64,000 nt of DNA from Cyanophora paradoxa CCMP329 (GCA_004431415.1 QPMI01000017.1:372001-436000), one strand, 5' to 3'; shown: positions 13,276 through 32,214, numbered from the stretch's first letter. The notes: generated from the sequence alone by a model not told the origin. Numbers and translations: made by a program.

Positions 13276-16156
13276 ATGGAGGCGAGCACTGATGCCACAG
13301 CTGACGACGACGCGGAAACATCGGCGAGCGCAAAGAGAGCGAAGATTTGCGAAAGCGCGCCACCGGTCCCGCAGCCGCAGCCGCCTATTGTCGATCTGGA
13401 AAGCGCAGACGACGACGCCCTTTTCCGCGAGCGCGTCGGGTCGGCGAGGGCAGAGAGGACGGGGACAGAAGCCGTGCCACCGCAGCCGCAGCCGCAGCCG
13501 CCCGTAGCTATCATAGATCTGGAAGAGACAGAGACAGATAACGCGGTCCGATCACAGAGCCCGCTCTCTTCTCTGTCAGCGCTAGCGCTGAGCCCTGACG
13601 TGACGCGGCTGGCCATGGGGCAGGCGGGTGCGGGTGTGGCCGGCGGCCTGGAGAGCGACGGCAAAAAGGAGGGCGGAAGGTCCCCGCGCTGGCTTCCTCC
13701 GAGTGCGAGCCTGCCTTGGATCTCGCAGAAGCCGGCGGTGTCCACGCCCTGCGCTGCCTCGCGATCGGCTGCATGCCCCGAGCTTGGCGCGGCACGCAGG
13801 CCAGTTCGAACGATCGGAGCCCGCTCGTGGACGAGAGGGGCAACCAGCTGCCCTCGGACATCCTCTGCAAGGACCGCCGCTACCTATTTCAGCACACATG
13901 GAGCGGCCACGAAGTGCGCCCAGCCTTCGCCCCCCTCGCCCCCCCCCCCCCCCCCTTCCACCCATCCCGCCCCGCCCCATCCCTCGGCCTGATCCCCGCC
14001 CAGATCACTGTGCCCCTCGAGTGCACTGTCGAGGCGAGCCGCGAGTGCACTGTCGGGGCGAGGTCATGATCAGCGTCGCGAGCTGACCGGGGTACAGGAG
14101 GTGGGGCGGGAGAGGGACCGCCTACTCATCTGCATGTACGGCCCGACGGGGGCGGCCGAGCGCCTGGTCCACCCGGCCAGAGGTGCGTCCCGCACTCCCC
14201 GGCCCCGGCGCCCCCGCGCTCGTGCCGCCGGCTGACGCGCGCTGGCAGAGTACGCGTCGGAGCGCTTCTACAGGGAGATGTTCGAGGCGGCGGACCCGCC
14301 CAAGGCGCGAGCCCGCGACCCGCACCCTCCTCCTCCTCAGCGCGAGTCCGAGTCCGATCGAGCGCGAGCGGTGCGGGGCGGGGCGCAGGTCGGGCTGCAC
14401 GACCCGGAGCCGGGCTCGCCCCGCGCGCCCCTGCGCCTGGCGGACTACCTCCGCAGCGTCGGCGCCCTCGCCAGCAGACCCGTGCGCGCCCGCCCCGCCG
14501 CCCGCCCGCCTCGCCCACCCGCGACCCCGCAGGAGCACCTGTCGCGAGAAGAAGAGGGGCGGCTCGGGAGCAAAGAGGAGGGGGCGGAGGGGTGGCGCCG
14601 GGGGCCCCTGCCTCAGTGGGCGATGTCCCCCGCCGGCGTCGACCACATCGACCTCGAGTGGGGCGGCGCTCCCTTCCGCGCCGCGCTCGGCAACGGCACC
14701 GACCCGCAGGTGCGCGCGCGCGCACGCTCGCCCCGGTCCGGCCCGGGTGCTCCTCGAGCCCCCCGGAGGCGTTCATGCGCTGTCGGGACCGGGCGCTGCT
14801 GGCGATGCACGGGGTGAGGGACGCCCCGAAGCACCACCTCTACCTTCCCTCCCACACGTACGCCGATGAACCCTTCTTCTGCGCCCTCTTCGGCCCCTCC
14901 CCGGTCCCCGGCGTCGGCCTGCGCGATCCGGAGCCCGGCACGCGCGCCGCCGGCCGCCGCCTCCGCGCCTTCCTCCGCGCCCACGGCGCCCTCCCGCCCC
15001 TCCCCCACCCCCAGGGGGCCATCTCCAAGCCCGGGCCCGGCCCCGGCCCCGGCCCTGGCCCCGGGCCGGCCCCGGCCGGGCCGACGGCGGCGCAGGCGGG
15101 GTGGCGCTGGAGGGCGGCGGCGCGGTTCCCCGAGCGCCCGCCGCGCCCGGGACGTCGCGCTCATCGCCCGTGCGCCCCGCCGCCCTCGCCCCCGCCCCGC
15201 CGCGCCCCGCCCCGCCCCGCCCCGCCCCGCGCGCGCCCCGGGCGAGCCAGGGCCCGGGCGCAGTGCTCGGGCCCGAGGGGGCGAAGGAGCGCGGCCTCAG
15301 CTACGGTCTCGAGAGTGCGCGCGCGCGCCCTGCGGGACCTCGGGCGCCGCTAGCTCACACAGGGCTGGGGCAGCGTACGAGGGGAGCCGTTCTACCGCGA
15401 TCGCTTCGGGGGGCCCGCGCTCGCCGCGGCGGCCCTCCAGCAGCCCAGGCTCGCACCCCGCCCAGCGATCCTGCTGGCCCCGGGGCGGCCCCCGCAGCCG
15501 CTGGCCCCGCAGGCGGCTCCTGTGGTGCAGGGCGGCGCCGTCGGCCAGGCGCTCCCGCCGCCGGCGCCGGCGCCGGCGCTGGCCGCCCCCGCGCAGCCCT
15601 CCGCCGCTGTGGGGCTGTACGGCCTCTCGTACGCGTACCACCCGATGGCGCTGGCGGCGGCGGCGGCGCAGCAGGCGATGCTGGCGGCTGCCTGCTTCGG
15701 CGGGGCGGGCTACCCGCAGATGTACATGCCAGTGATGTGGCAGCCGCAGCCGCAGCCGCAGCCGCAGCCGCAGGCGGGGCCGCAGCCGCAGGCGGGGCGC
15801 CCACCGGCAGCGGCAGCGGGGGCGGGGGCGGGGGCGGGCTCGAGGCCGCCGGTGCTGCTGAACGTGCGGCGGCTGCCGCAGTCGGGGGAGGCGCGCACGC
15901 GGGGGCTGCGGTTCCTCGGGGACGTGCCCCGCCTCCTGCTCGAGGCCTCCTGCTTCTTCGGGGTCCAGCTCGTCGAGGCCCGGCCCCGCCCGCCCCCGTC
16001 CGTCCGCGCCCGCCCTCCGCGCCTGAAGGGCCGCCGCCGCCGGCGGGGGCGCAGCTGTGGGACAGGAGCTTCACGCGGGTGTCGAGCGGGGAGGAGGTGG
16101 AGGCGGCGGCGCGGGAGAGCCCCGTCTTCTACGCTGTCGACTCCCGCGGGCGGTAG
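13276..16156 (+). CDS. Unknown protein with SIM-like acidic motifs and about 3 divergent AP2-like repeats
   Basis: N-terminal IVDLESADDD and IIDLEETE. Internal repeats RERDRLLICMYGP...HPAREY, RCRDRALLAMHG...LPSHTY and RARDVALIALLGP. Pro/Gln/Ala-rich C-terminal part. Exon structure is only partly resolved. Confidence 0.5.
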
Positions 16157-17159
16157 CGCACCCGGGCTCGCACTGCGGCACCGCGGAACGCATGAGAATA
16201 ATCGATTGCGAAATTTGAGGTTGGAGGGATTTCGTGACGGGACCCCGACGTCGACGGGGCCGAGGCGAGGCTAGCAGCTGCAGGCTACTAGACGGGGCTA
16301 GTAGGCTAGTAGTGAACATTTGATCATTAGATTGTTCTAATTGAATCATTCAATCTGAACTGTAAGCTTGCAAATGGATCCGATGATCGGATTGCAATTG
16401 AGCTTACTAGTTGCTCCTTGCTCCTTGATCACGAGTCACTGATCATGACTCATGATCAAATTGCAGTTGCATTTGTCCGACGGTCATGGAATGCCAATGA
16501 CAGGCCTCGTGTCAGGGGCGGGGCATTTAGTTTGGGCATAATGCGCATGCCATGATCATGATGGCCCAGGCTGGGGCCCCGGCCCAGTACTAGTGGTGTC
16601 ACGGTCACCGGGTATGATGCATGCAACGATTGTCGAATATTTCTCCCCATTTATTCTAGATCTCGCGCATGTAGCCGGAAAGTCTTGCAATTGCACTCTT
16701 AAGTGTCGACACGTCGCAGCTAACTTTCTAGATCTGTAGACTAACTTCATAAGCTAGCAACAGAGCTTACCTCGCAATATGGGAACTCAGGATCAATCAT
16801 ATGGACCGATTATACAGATTGATGGCGACGAGTATTATTTACGAAATAGAAGCATGCGCAGAAGCTGTGTACAGTGAAGGCGAAGCAGAATTTATTCTGC
16901 TCCGGCCCCCTTGAAAGCATAGTTACGAATTAAGGAACCGGAAAACGGAAGGAGAAGAATAAGCACTTCTATTCCAATCAAACTACTGTGAGCAGAATGC
17001 AGAATATTAAATAAATAGACACTATGAAGGACCCGGACGGGCGCGGGCCGCGCGGCCCGGGCCCGGCGCGCGCGGAGGCGGATCGATCAACACCAAAGCA
17101 GGTAAGAGGGCGCGCCGCCTCCTCGCGCGCGCCGCCTCCTCGCCTCGCCCCGGCTACGG

Positions 17160-20100
17160 CTACGGCTCGTCGCCGCGGGCCTCGTCGGTGCCGGCGTACT
17201 TGTGGAGGGCCGGCACCTGCGCGATCACCTGCGCCGGCCCCGAGCTCGGCCCCGGCCCGGCCCCGGCGCGCAGAGCGGTCGCGCTCGGACCTGGGCGGGG
17301 AGCATGGAGACGAACTGGGTGGTGCGGGTGCACTCCGCCTTGAGGCGGTTGACGACGGAGCGGAAGACGAAGAGGTAGAGGCCGACGATGAAGACGACGT
17401 TCAGCGCCAGGATGTAGCTCTCCACCTGGGCGAGGGGCGGGCGAGGGCGATTAGCCGCGCTTCTTTCTTTCTTTCCTCTTGGGCGGGCGGGGAGCGCACG
17501 GTCATGACGGTGTCGATCTTCTCGGAGGCCATGCGCTGGTAGACCTCCATGCTGCCCGCCCCCTCAGCGCCCCGCGAGGGCTTGGGGCAGACGGGGCGCA
17601 GGGGGGCGCCGGACCTCCGCGTGAGGGCCTCGTCGAGGTTCCCCGACCCGTCGATCTAAGATTCGAGGGTCCAACGTCAGAGGACGGGTCGAAGAGGTCG
17701 CCGGGGGCGGGGGCGCGGGGGCGCGCCTCGATCATGCCGCGGAGCGGGGCGGAGCGCTGGAGGATGGCGTCGATGGCGTAGTCGGGGCGCGGGCCCTCGG
17801 CCTCCAGCTCCGCCAGCCGCCCCTCGTCCACCCGCCTGCCGCCGCAGCGCTAAGCAAAGCAAAGCAAAGCAGCGCTCTGGAGGGGCCGGGCGGGGGCACC
17901 CGTCCGGGGTGAAGTAGCCGAACTCCTGGAGGATCCCGAACGACGTGTGCATCACCACCTGCAGCCTGCGCGCGGGCCCGGGTCGGAGGGGCTGGGCGGG
18001 GCGCGGGGGCGGACATGTAGTCGACGCCGGAGGTGACGGCGGCCATGTTCGAGACCTCGCCGGGGCGACAGTCCTCCCGCTGCGCGCGGCCCGTTATCAT
18101 CAGGTTCCGGAGCGGGGCGGGGCGGGGCGGGACGGGGCGCGGGACCTTGGCGTGGAGGCACTTCTCCTCGAAGAGGAGGAAGTCCTGGGCGGGGTAGCGC
18201 GCCAGCGCCGGCGGCAGCTTCTCCGTCACGTTCCCTGCGCCCCCGCCGGGCGTCAGCGAGGAGGAACGGAGATCTAGAGGGGCGGGGGCGGGGGCGGGCC
18301 GTGTATGAGGTCCATTTGGACGGCGGTGAGCTCGAGGGTCGCGGCGTGCAGGCGCCGCAGCACCGCCGGCGTCGACCGGATCAGCCAGTCGTTCACGTAC
18401 ACCTGACGGCGGCGTCGGGGGGGCAGCGGCAGCAGCGGACGGCGAGCGGCGAGTCCCGATGCAACGATTCTTGGGGGAGTTTGGGGGGACGGGACGGGGG
18501 GCTCGGACCTCGCGGCCCCAGAGGTGGAGCTCGGTGACGAGGCCCCAGCGGTTGCCGGCCTCGCGGATGTACGCCGCCGCGTACTGCGTGTTCTCCACTG
18601 CGCCCCGCGGGAAGGCGGCGTCAGCCCGCTGGAGCGGTGGGCCGAGCTACCCGAGCTGGGCGCACTGAAGAGGAAGCAGACGAGGAAGTTGGCGGCGGCG
18701 ATGAGCGCGATCGTCACGAAGGCTGCGCGCGCGCGCGGGGCGCGAGGGGTGAGCGAGGCGGGCGCATGGAGGGCGCCGTCGGGGGGCAGGCGGGGGGGCG
18801 GACCGATAAGGTAGCGGCGGGTGAGGATGCTGCGGCGCAAGTGAGCGAGGGCAGCGCGGGGCGGCGCGGGGCGAGCGCCGCGCGCACGAGATGATGTCCG
18901 ACGTGCCGCCGGCCGCCTCGGCCGCCCGCCGCTCCCGCTTGCCGTCTGCGGGGCCGCTCAGCGCTCGCCCGAGAAGGGGGCGCCCGGCGCGGGCGGGGGG
19001 CGGGCGCACCCGAGAGGTCCGTCTCGTCGGAAGCGGCGGAGTGGCGGCGGTCGGGGCGCGCCATGGGCGCCCGGGCCCCGCCGCCGCGTTCAGCGCGCCG
19101 GCCCCGCCCCTGCCGCCGGGGCGTGGCCGCCGTGCGCGGCGGCCTCCTGGGCGAGGGCCATCGCCTCCACCGTCGGTACCGTCGGCTTCAGGATGCTCGC
19201 CCGCCGCACGCCGGCGGCGCCGGCCCCGGGGGCCCCGGGGCCGGCGCTCCCTGCGAGTCCCGCGGGGCCTCCAACAGGGAGAGGCCCGAGGCGGGGCCGC
19301 TGCCGCCGCCGGGCGCGGGGTGCCGCCGCCGCAGCCGGAAGTTGCCCGAGGGGCGGGCGCCCCGTCGGCCCGCGGGCGAGCTCCTCGTCGCCGCTGCCGT
19401 GCGCGTGGCCGTCGAGCTCGAGGGCGGGGGGCGCCAGCGCCATGAGGCCGCTCCGCGGGGGCGAGAGGGACGCGTAGGGCGCCATCGAGTCCTCCTCCCC
19501 CGCCGCGGGGCCCAGCGCCCCCGCCGCCTTCTCCCCCCCGTCCTCCTCGGCCCCGCCCAGGCGCTCCCAGAAGTCCGCCGTGATGGGCACCACGCTGTCC
19601 GACTCGCCCCGCCCCGCCCGCGAGTCGCCGGCGGCGCTCAGCTGGTAGACCAGCGCCGCCGGCGCCTGCGCCGCGGGGCCGGGCACGAGGAGCCCCACCG
19701 AGCCGCGCTCCTCCCCGGCCTCGCCCTCGCTCCACGCGACCGAGCCGGGGCCCTTGCCGCCCTGCCGGCGGGCCCTCGGCGTCGCTCCCCGCGTGGGGCC
19801 CGAGGGAGGCGAGGGCGGGCCGCCGGGGGCGCTCCCCAGCGCCGCGACGTTCGCGGCGGAGAGGAGGCTCGGCTTCCTGCGCGGGTTCGGGCCCGGCCGC
19901 GGGCGCCCCCCCGCCGCGGGCGCCGTGCGGTCGCTGAGCTGCGGGGTCATCGCGCTGCCGGTGTCGCCCTCGCCGCCCCCCTCCTCCTCCTCGTCGTGCT
20001 CGGAGCCCGGGTCGTCCACCCGCCGCATCGTCGCGTACCGCGAGTACATCGCTTTGCGCACTGCGCCCGCCGCCGCCGCCGCGTGAGTGAGCCCGGCAGG

Positions 20101-20820
20101 CGGGCGGATCCTGGAGGGGCGGGCGGGGCGGAGGGGCGGAGGGGCGGGGCACCGAAGGGCGGCATGGCCATGATGATCTGCACGCCCTCAGAGAGGGAGG
20201 GGCCGGAGAGGGGGGCGGGGGCGGCTCGGCGCGCACCTCGTTGACGCCGCGCATGGAGCGCCGGACGTTGTTGAAGGCGGGGCGGAAGACGCAGGCGCCC
20301 AGCACGACGAGCGAGAGGAGGATCGCCGCCAGGATCGCCCCGATGATCAGCTGGCTCGCCTGCGCGCGCCCCGCCCCGCCCGGCGCGTCAGGACGAGCGG
20401 GTGGCGGGGGTCCGGGCGGGCGAGGAAGTAGCGGCGCACGAAGGTCGTCGAGTAGATCTCCCTGTGGGGGGCGGTGGGGCGGGGCGGGTCAGTCCCGTGG
20501 TCGGCCTCGTGAAGGGGCGGGCGGGGGCGGCTGGGCTCGCGGGGCGCACTCTTCGTAGAGGCGGTTGGCGCGCGAGGCGACCTCGAGCATGTTCCCGGGG
20601 GCGTTCTTCTGCACGAACCTGCCCCCCGACCCCGCCGTGAGCGGGGCCGGCGCGAAGAAAGGAAGGGGAGGGGGGGCGGGAGGGGGGTACCGGAATGCCT
20701 CGTTGTCGGCGACGCGGGAGAGCTCCTCCATCGAGCGCCCCGCCAGGTCCTGCCCCGCGCCCCGCCAGAGTCGAACCCCGAGCTCCCCGGAGGCGCTCCG
20801 CTGGAGGAGGCCCGAGCCCC

Positions 20821-20854
<34 letters not shown>

Positions 20855-23800
20855 CCGCCGGGGCTCTCCCTGCCCTCTCGGCTCTCGGGCGCCCCTCGCG
20901 CGCGCGCGTGCCTTGCGTGCACTCTGTTCCTCCCCCCCTCCCCCTTCTGCCTCGCCCCCGCACCTTGAGGACGCCGTTGAGGTAGGAGCCGGCGGCCCAG
21001 AGGGAGACGCGCTGGTCGACCTCCGCCGCCGGCGGGCCCCGCAGGTACCTCGTCACCGTCACCTGGGCGCCGCCTCAGCGCGGCCCGCGCCCCCCCAGAC
21101 CCTCCCGCCCGCCCGCCCGGCAGCCCCCCCGGACCTTGGGGTCGGTCCAGAGGGAGGCGATCTCGTAGGTGCTGGAGGGCCCGACGCCGTTGGGGAAGCC
21201 GAGGTACAGGCCCCGCGAGTCCGCCGAGTACAGGTCCCTGCGCAAGGAGCGGCGTCAGCGACCGGGCCCCGCTCTCCTTCTTTCGAGCCGCGCGGGAGGG
21301 ACGCGAGCGTAATACACCCGGCGCCTCGCCGCGATCAGACGCGGCGCCGCTCGCTCGCAGAGGCGATCGAGAGGCCCTGGCTAGCTAGCTAGCTCGCAGA
21401 GCCGGGACGCCCCGGGGGGCCCGCCCCGCCCCGCCCCGCCCCACCCCCGGCGGGCGGCGCACGTGGTCTCGTGGAGCTCGGCGCGCCAGGCCTCGAACTC
21501 GGCCTCGTCGCCGATGCTCCCGTACAGGTTCAGCGAGCGCGTCATGAAGCAGAACTCCAGCAGCCGCCGCATCTGAGGGGCCGCCCCCGCGGAGCGCCTC
21601 AGCTGGGCGGCCTCGCGAGAGGCTGCACACGCGCGCGCGCGCCTGGGAGGAGGCGGCGGTGATGCGCTGGATGCTGTCCCCCATCCGCTTGAAGACCTGC
21701 GCCCGCCCGCTCGCCCCCTCAGGCGGGGCGCGGGGCGGGCGGGCGGGCGGGGCGGCGGGCCGGGGGCGACCTGCTGGATGACGATGAAGAAGACGGCGGT
21801 GAGGACGATGATGAGCGCCAGGCCCCCCAGGATCCCCAGCCGCACCCTGCCCGCCCGGGCCTCAGAGGGTCGCGAGCGGGGCGCGCGGTGAGCGGGGCCG
21901 GGGGCCGCCGCACCGCTGGACGTGCTTGATGTCCTGCGTGGCGCCCTGCTGCCGCGCCGCCTCCCCCCGCGCCCGCGCCGCGAACTCCGACGACGTCGCG
22001 CTCCCGTGCGCGCTCGCCGCGTACCCACCGCCGCCCCCGCCCCCCTTCATCCGCCCCTGCGCGTACTTGGCCTGCAGGCGGCGGGCCGAGGCCTGGGAGC
22101 CGCCCCCCGCGGAGCGCATCTCGGCGGCGGGGGCGTCCCCCTCCTCCTGGTCCTCGATCTCGTCGGCGGCCGCGAAGTGCAGCTGGGCCAGGTCCGGGTC
22201 GTTGCCCACGCCGTTCAGGAAGGTGCCGTACTCCCTCAGGAGGAGCTTGCTGTTGGGGTACTTCTGGAGGAGGGCGCGGTACGAGTCGCTCGCGGTGCGC
22301 ATCGCCCGGTCGATGACCTCCAGCTTGCGCGGCACCGTCGCCAGCGCCGACTCGGAGAGGCGCGTCCGCGCCAGCGCCTTCCACAGCGCCCGCAGCTGTT
22401 TCCAGGCGAGGGGCGCGGGGTGAGATGCGCAGAAGAAGGATCAAGGCTCGAAGGCTCTAGGACCGCGAGGCGGCCCCAAAGAAGGAAGCAAGGCTGGAAG
22501 GCTTGAAGGGCGGGGGCGGCGGCGACTTGCTGAACTTCGGGGTTTAGAGCTCTGTGGGAACAACGAAGCGGGCAGTTGCAGGTTGGAGGTCTATGCCAAG
22601 CCAAGGGACCCAAGATCTCAGAGCTGGAGGCCCCTCGCGGACCTGGGCGATGGACTCGTTGTGCCAGGTGACGGCCGCCTCGTGGAGGCGCCGGAACTCG
22701 AGGACGGAGATGAAGTTCATCCCCTTCGCCTCCCCCAGGTTCGAGCTCGCCGTCTTCTGCTCGAAGTCCCGCTTCATCGCCACCAGCGCGAAGCGCACGT
22801 CGAAGGCCGGCTTCAGCGCCCACGCCTCCCGCTGCACCTGCAGCGCCCCCATCGGGTTGTTCTGCGGCGCGCAGTCAGGCAGAGCCAACGAGCGAACAAA
22901 CAAGCGAGCGAGCGGGGCGGACGCGGTGGACGGCGATGTAGGTGGAGTGGGCGAGGCGGACGTAGGCCGAGTCCGGGAAGAGGGTGTACCCCGCGCGGTA
23001 GACGGCGTCGGCGGCCTCGAATGCGGCGTCGCTGTGGTCGAGGTGCACGAAGCGCGCCGCCACCTGCCCGCTGGGTGTGAGGCGCGGGCCCCGGCGGCGG
23101 GCGCGCGGCGGGCGTGAGAGCGGAGCCGCCGCACCTCGACCTCGAAGGCGATCCAGAAGAGGCGGGCGCGCTCCCGCACGGCGCGGAGCAGCACGCGCAG
23201 CACCGGCGGCTCGCCCACCCCCGTCCGCTCCCCGCTCGAGCTCCCGCTCCCGCTCCCGCTCCCGGGGCCGGCCGCCGCTGCCCCGCCCTGCTCGAGGGCC
23301 CGCGCCTGCATCGCCACCTTCGCGATGTCGCTCACGCTCGTCCGCGGCCGGTCCGACTGCGCGCCCTCGGAGTGAGCGGGGCGGTGAGGAGGGGCGGCAA
23401 GGGGCGCGCGTTGGCGAGGGGCTGGTCGAGGGAGGCGGAGGACGGGTGCTGCTGCATGTACCGCCGCGCCGCGCCCCGCATCTCCTCCGCCCCGGCCCCT
23501 CCCGCGAAGTTCACTGTCGACTGGCGCCGCGTGCGGGCCGCCGCGAAGCCGCCGCCGAAGCCGCCGCCGCCGCCGGGGCGGTCGCCGGGGACGGGGGGCG
23601 CCTGGGGGAGGAGGAGGGCGAGGATGCCCGCGGCGGCGGAGGCGGGTACCCCTTCTTCGGCGACGCGGCGGCCCTTGGCCTTGAGGGCGGCGTGGCGGCG
23701 GGCGCAGAGGAGCCAGCCGCCGACGAAGGCCGCCCCGCCCAGCACCTCGCACGCCACTGACGCCGCGAAGCGCGCAGCGCTGCGACGGGCGAGCTCAGCG

Positions 23801-25614
23801 CGCGCGGCCGAGCGCGGCGGGGCCGGCTGGCCGGCTGGCTGGCTCGCCTGTCGGGCTCGCCGATGCCGGAGAGGATGAGGGAGGCGAGGGCGGACCACCA
23901 GGCCGTGGCGAAGAGGCCGGCGTAGTACTTGTTCATGAAGGGCCGGTAGAAGGGCAGCGCGAGGAGGAGGAAGAGCAGGCAGGCGCCCAGGCCCACCACC
24001 AGCACCGCCATCGTCACCTGGGGCGAGGCGGGGCGGGGGTGGAGGCGAGTGAGAAAGGCGGCGGGGGGCGCAGCCTCTAGCCGAGGCGTGCGGCGCCCCC
24101 TCCGCCTAGCCTCTACTCGCTACCCCGGGCGCCCAAGGGGAGGAGGGAGGGGGGGAGCACCTTGGCGTCGACGAAGCGGGTGCAGAAGACGATCCCCGTG
24201 CGCACCACCTGCGCCGCCCCGCGCCGCCCCGCTCAGCCCCGGAGCCGGCCGCTTGGACGCGGGCGGGGCGGGGCGGGGCGGGGCGGGCCGTGTAGAGGAA
24301 GGCGACGCGGCCGTGGGCGCAGCTCTCCACGTTGCGCGACAGCGGGCTGCCCCCCGCGGCCTCAGAACACCAGAGAGCGAGGGCACAGCACAGCCTCGCC
24401 TGGTGTCGTTGTAGATGAGGGCGATGACGAGCATGAAGGGGACGAAGAGGGCCAGCACCCCCGAGGAGAGCGCCGCGTACCTGCTCAGATCACATCTGAT
24501 CTGAGCGGGGGGGGGGGGCGGGGCGGGGCGGGGCGGGGCGGACATGATCCACTCCCAGGCGATGGCGGAGGTGCCGCGCCAGAGCATGGAGGCGCGGGGG
24601 CCCACCACCGAAATCTCCTGGCTCAGGATCTCCAGCGCCGGGATGTACCTGCCAGGGCGGTGAGTTGGGCGGGGCGGGGGGCGGGGCGTGGCGGGGCGGG
24701 GCGGACAGGGCGGTCTGGAAGATCTGGGCGAGGATGCGGACGATGCGGATCGGGAGGATCCGCACGTTGTTCTTGTTGAACGAGTACGCTGGCGGCGGGG
24801 CAGGGTGGGGCGGGGCGGGGTTAGGGCGCGCGGGCGGCCGAGCCGCGTTGTTGGGCGGGGCGTGCGCACTGGCGAAGGCAGCCATGCCGAGCATGAGGCC
24901 GATGGCGCCGAGGAGGACCCAGAAGGTGAGCACGTAGACCGTCCAGCCCCCGAGGAACGCGATGGAGAAGGCCTACGCAGCAGGCCGCAGGGTCAGTAGT
25001 GCGGGGCGCCGCCGGGACTAAAGTCCATTTACCGCCGAGATGCGCTGGAGCCAGGCGATGGAGTCCGGGTGCCAGCCCGTGCCCAGCGTGAGGCCGATCA
25101 GCTGGAACTGAAGGCGCCAAGCGAGGTCAGCGGGGCCGGGGCCGGGGCCGGGGCGGCGCTCCCGGCTCGGGCGGGCCGGCGGGCGGGCCGGCGGGCGTGC
25201 GCACGAAGTCGGCGGCGACGAAGAGGACGGGGAGGAGGACGAGCCAGACGAGCGAGTTCTCCTTCCCGTTCGCCGTCCGGTCCCTGCGCCCCTTCAGCTC
25301 CGGCGACCAGAGACCGGGGCCGCGGCCGGAGCCGCAGCGGGGCGGGGCGCACGTGAGGGCGAAGAGGAGGCTGTGGATGGAGCGCTCCACGGCGTGCAGG
25401 CCGTGCTCGCCCTGCGCCCGCCCGCCCCGCCAAGTCAGGTGCCGGCCTCAAGGGAGCTGCGCGGCGCTCTGCGGGGCGCGGCACGCACGGGGGCCGCCGC
25501 GCCCATGCTGTCGGCGGAGCCGCCGCCGCCGCCGCCGCCGCCCATGTTCACAGACATGACGCTTCTCCTGGGCCCCGCGGGCATGCCTGGCCCGGGCCCT
25601 GTCGCCTGCGACAT
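17160..25614 (-). CDS. Large TmcB/TmcC-like multi-pass membrane protein with TPR-like repeats
   Basis: N-terminal multi-TM region (SLLFALT, CAHGRVAFLY, LPFYRPFMNK). TPR-like block AADAVYRAGYTLFPDS...AFDVRFAL...YRALLQKYPNSKLLLREYGTFLNGVGNDPDLA. Further TM segments and C-terminal TTQFVSMLPAQVIAQVP. Many short introns. Confidence 0.75.
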
Positions 25615-26556
25615 GCCCGGACGCTCTCGCTCTCAAACAGGAGCTGCGCCCCGTCGACAGTCTGAACGACCAACATTAGCACGCGGGCGCTGAGAGTTGG
25701 GGCGCCGGCGGGGCGCTTTAGGTCTCGCTCATAATGTCGTGGCTTGCTCACCGATGTGAGCCCTACTGACGATCCGCTCCAACGCTCAGCCGCGCTGTCT
25801 CTCGCGCATGGGCCCCAAGCGCTGTGCAGTCTCGGTCGCTCTGGAGCTCCTGGGGTGACTGATAGCTAAGACAAGCTCTTGATCTCTCTCATGATCAGCA
25901 GCCAACGCTCGCCGGCCGCAGCGCGAGTCCGCGGACTGTCGACGACCGCGGAATGACGCAGGCGTGGCGTGCTCCTCGGGGCGAGCAGCGGCTTCAGCTG
26001 GTACCAAGAAGAAGGCCCACGCTAGCTATGCAGCGTTCGAACGCTCGCGCCACCGCCGCGCCGCGCACCCTGCCTGGTAAGCGAGCGAGCTCCGTGCTCC
26101 CGAAATCGACAAGTTCGGGGGCGACGGGGGTACAGTCACCTTTCAGAACGGGCCAATGAGCTCCGAACGTTACCGTGGGGTACTGCTTCGAATTCGAATT
26201 CTGCGAAAATCGATCGATATCGGCGCGCCGCGCGCGGCCGCGCGCCCCGGCCGAGCGTTACTTTCGCGTGTGAACCACGTACGTACTGCAAAGTTGACGT
26301 TCAAATTCAGAGAGCAATACCTAGCTCGATCGCGCGAAGCCTCCCCCGGCCGCGGCCGGCGCGCGCCGAGGGCACACCGGCCCGGCGGGTACCAAGTGGA
26401 AGGCTCCCTCGAATTCGGCCTCGGAAGCTCTATCCCCCGGCGCATCCATGCCCACCCGTGCCGCCCTCGCGCGCCAGGGGGGGCGGTGCCCAGCAATGTG
26501 CACGCGTGGAGCTCTCAAGCTCGCCGCGACGCTGTTGGCGAGGTCGACACGGCCGC

Positions 26557-28948
<2,392 letters not shown>

Positions 28949-29277
28949 GGTCGCAGCGGGCGCGTAACGCCGCTCAAGTCGGCGCTCTGCTGTAATTCAA
29001 ATCCCGTGTCGGCAGGTGGTCTCCGAAGCTGCCTACAGCTACGTGCAGCGAGGCGCTGCGGTCGGCGCGACGTCCAGGGGCTGCTGTGTGGACTTCTCTG
29101 TGTTCTTGCCGCTTCTTGTTGTGTACCCCCGAGCCGACCCACCAAGAGGTTCCCCAGACCGCATTCCGAGCCGCGGCACAGTTCGTAAACCGCTACTGTA
29201 CGTTCGGGACCTGGCCCCAGCCCCCTCGCTCCTGAGCCGATACGTGGAAGTCTGGGAGCCGCGGCGGCAGCGGCCGC

Positions 29278-31685
<2,408 letters not shown>

Positions 31686-32214
31686 CCGCGAGCCTCCCCG
31701 GGGATGTATCGATCATGATCAGGTCTAGTTTAGTGTTTTGCGTAGTTGATGTTCTTCACAAAAATACAAAAGCTTGCATTCGGAAGGGACGAAGTAATTA
31801 AATATAAGGTCCCGCTCGCCGCGCTGACGTACGCGACTGCCACATGTACATGTACAGGCGAGCGCGGCGAGCAGTGCTTCTCACAGGTGGAAAAGCTAGC
31901 GCTCACGGGAAGAGCCGAATTCGCGAATTCGGCAGCGCGAGCGCGCTGGAGAGTTGCACGGCTTGCATGCCGCAACAAGAGGCTGCCACCGCAGCGACGC
32001 CCCCGCCCCGAGCGCCCCCGGCGGGGGCTATGTCCGATAATATTTTTCAAACAATTACAAATCCAAAGATGAAGAATCAAAGCAAAAGTGTCTCTGAACG
32101 TGATCATGAACATGCGAGCTCGATCGAGTCACCGCGCTACACTGGTGCGCGATTCGGCAGCGCGAGCGCGTGGGGATCGACTCGGAGTCGTGCATGTACA
32201 GGGTCCATGCGATG

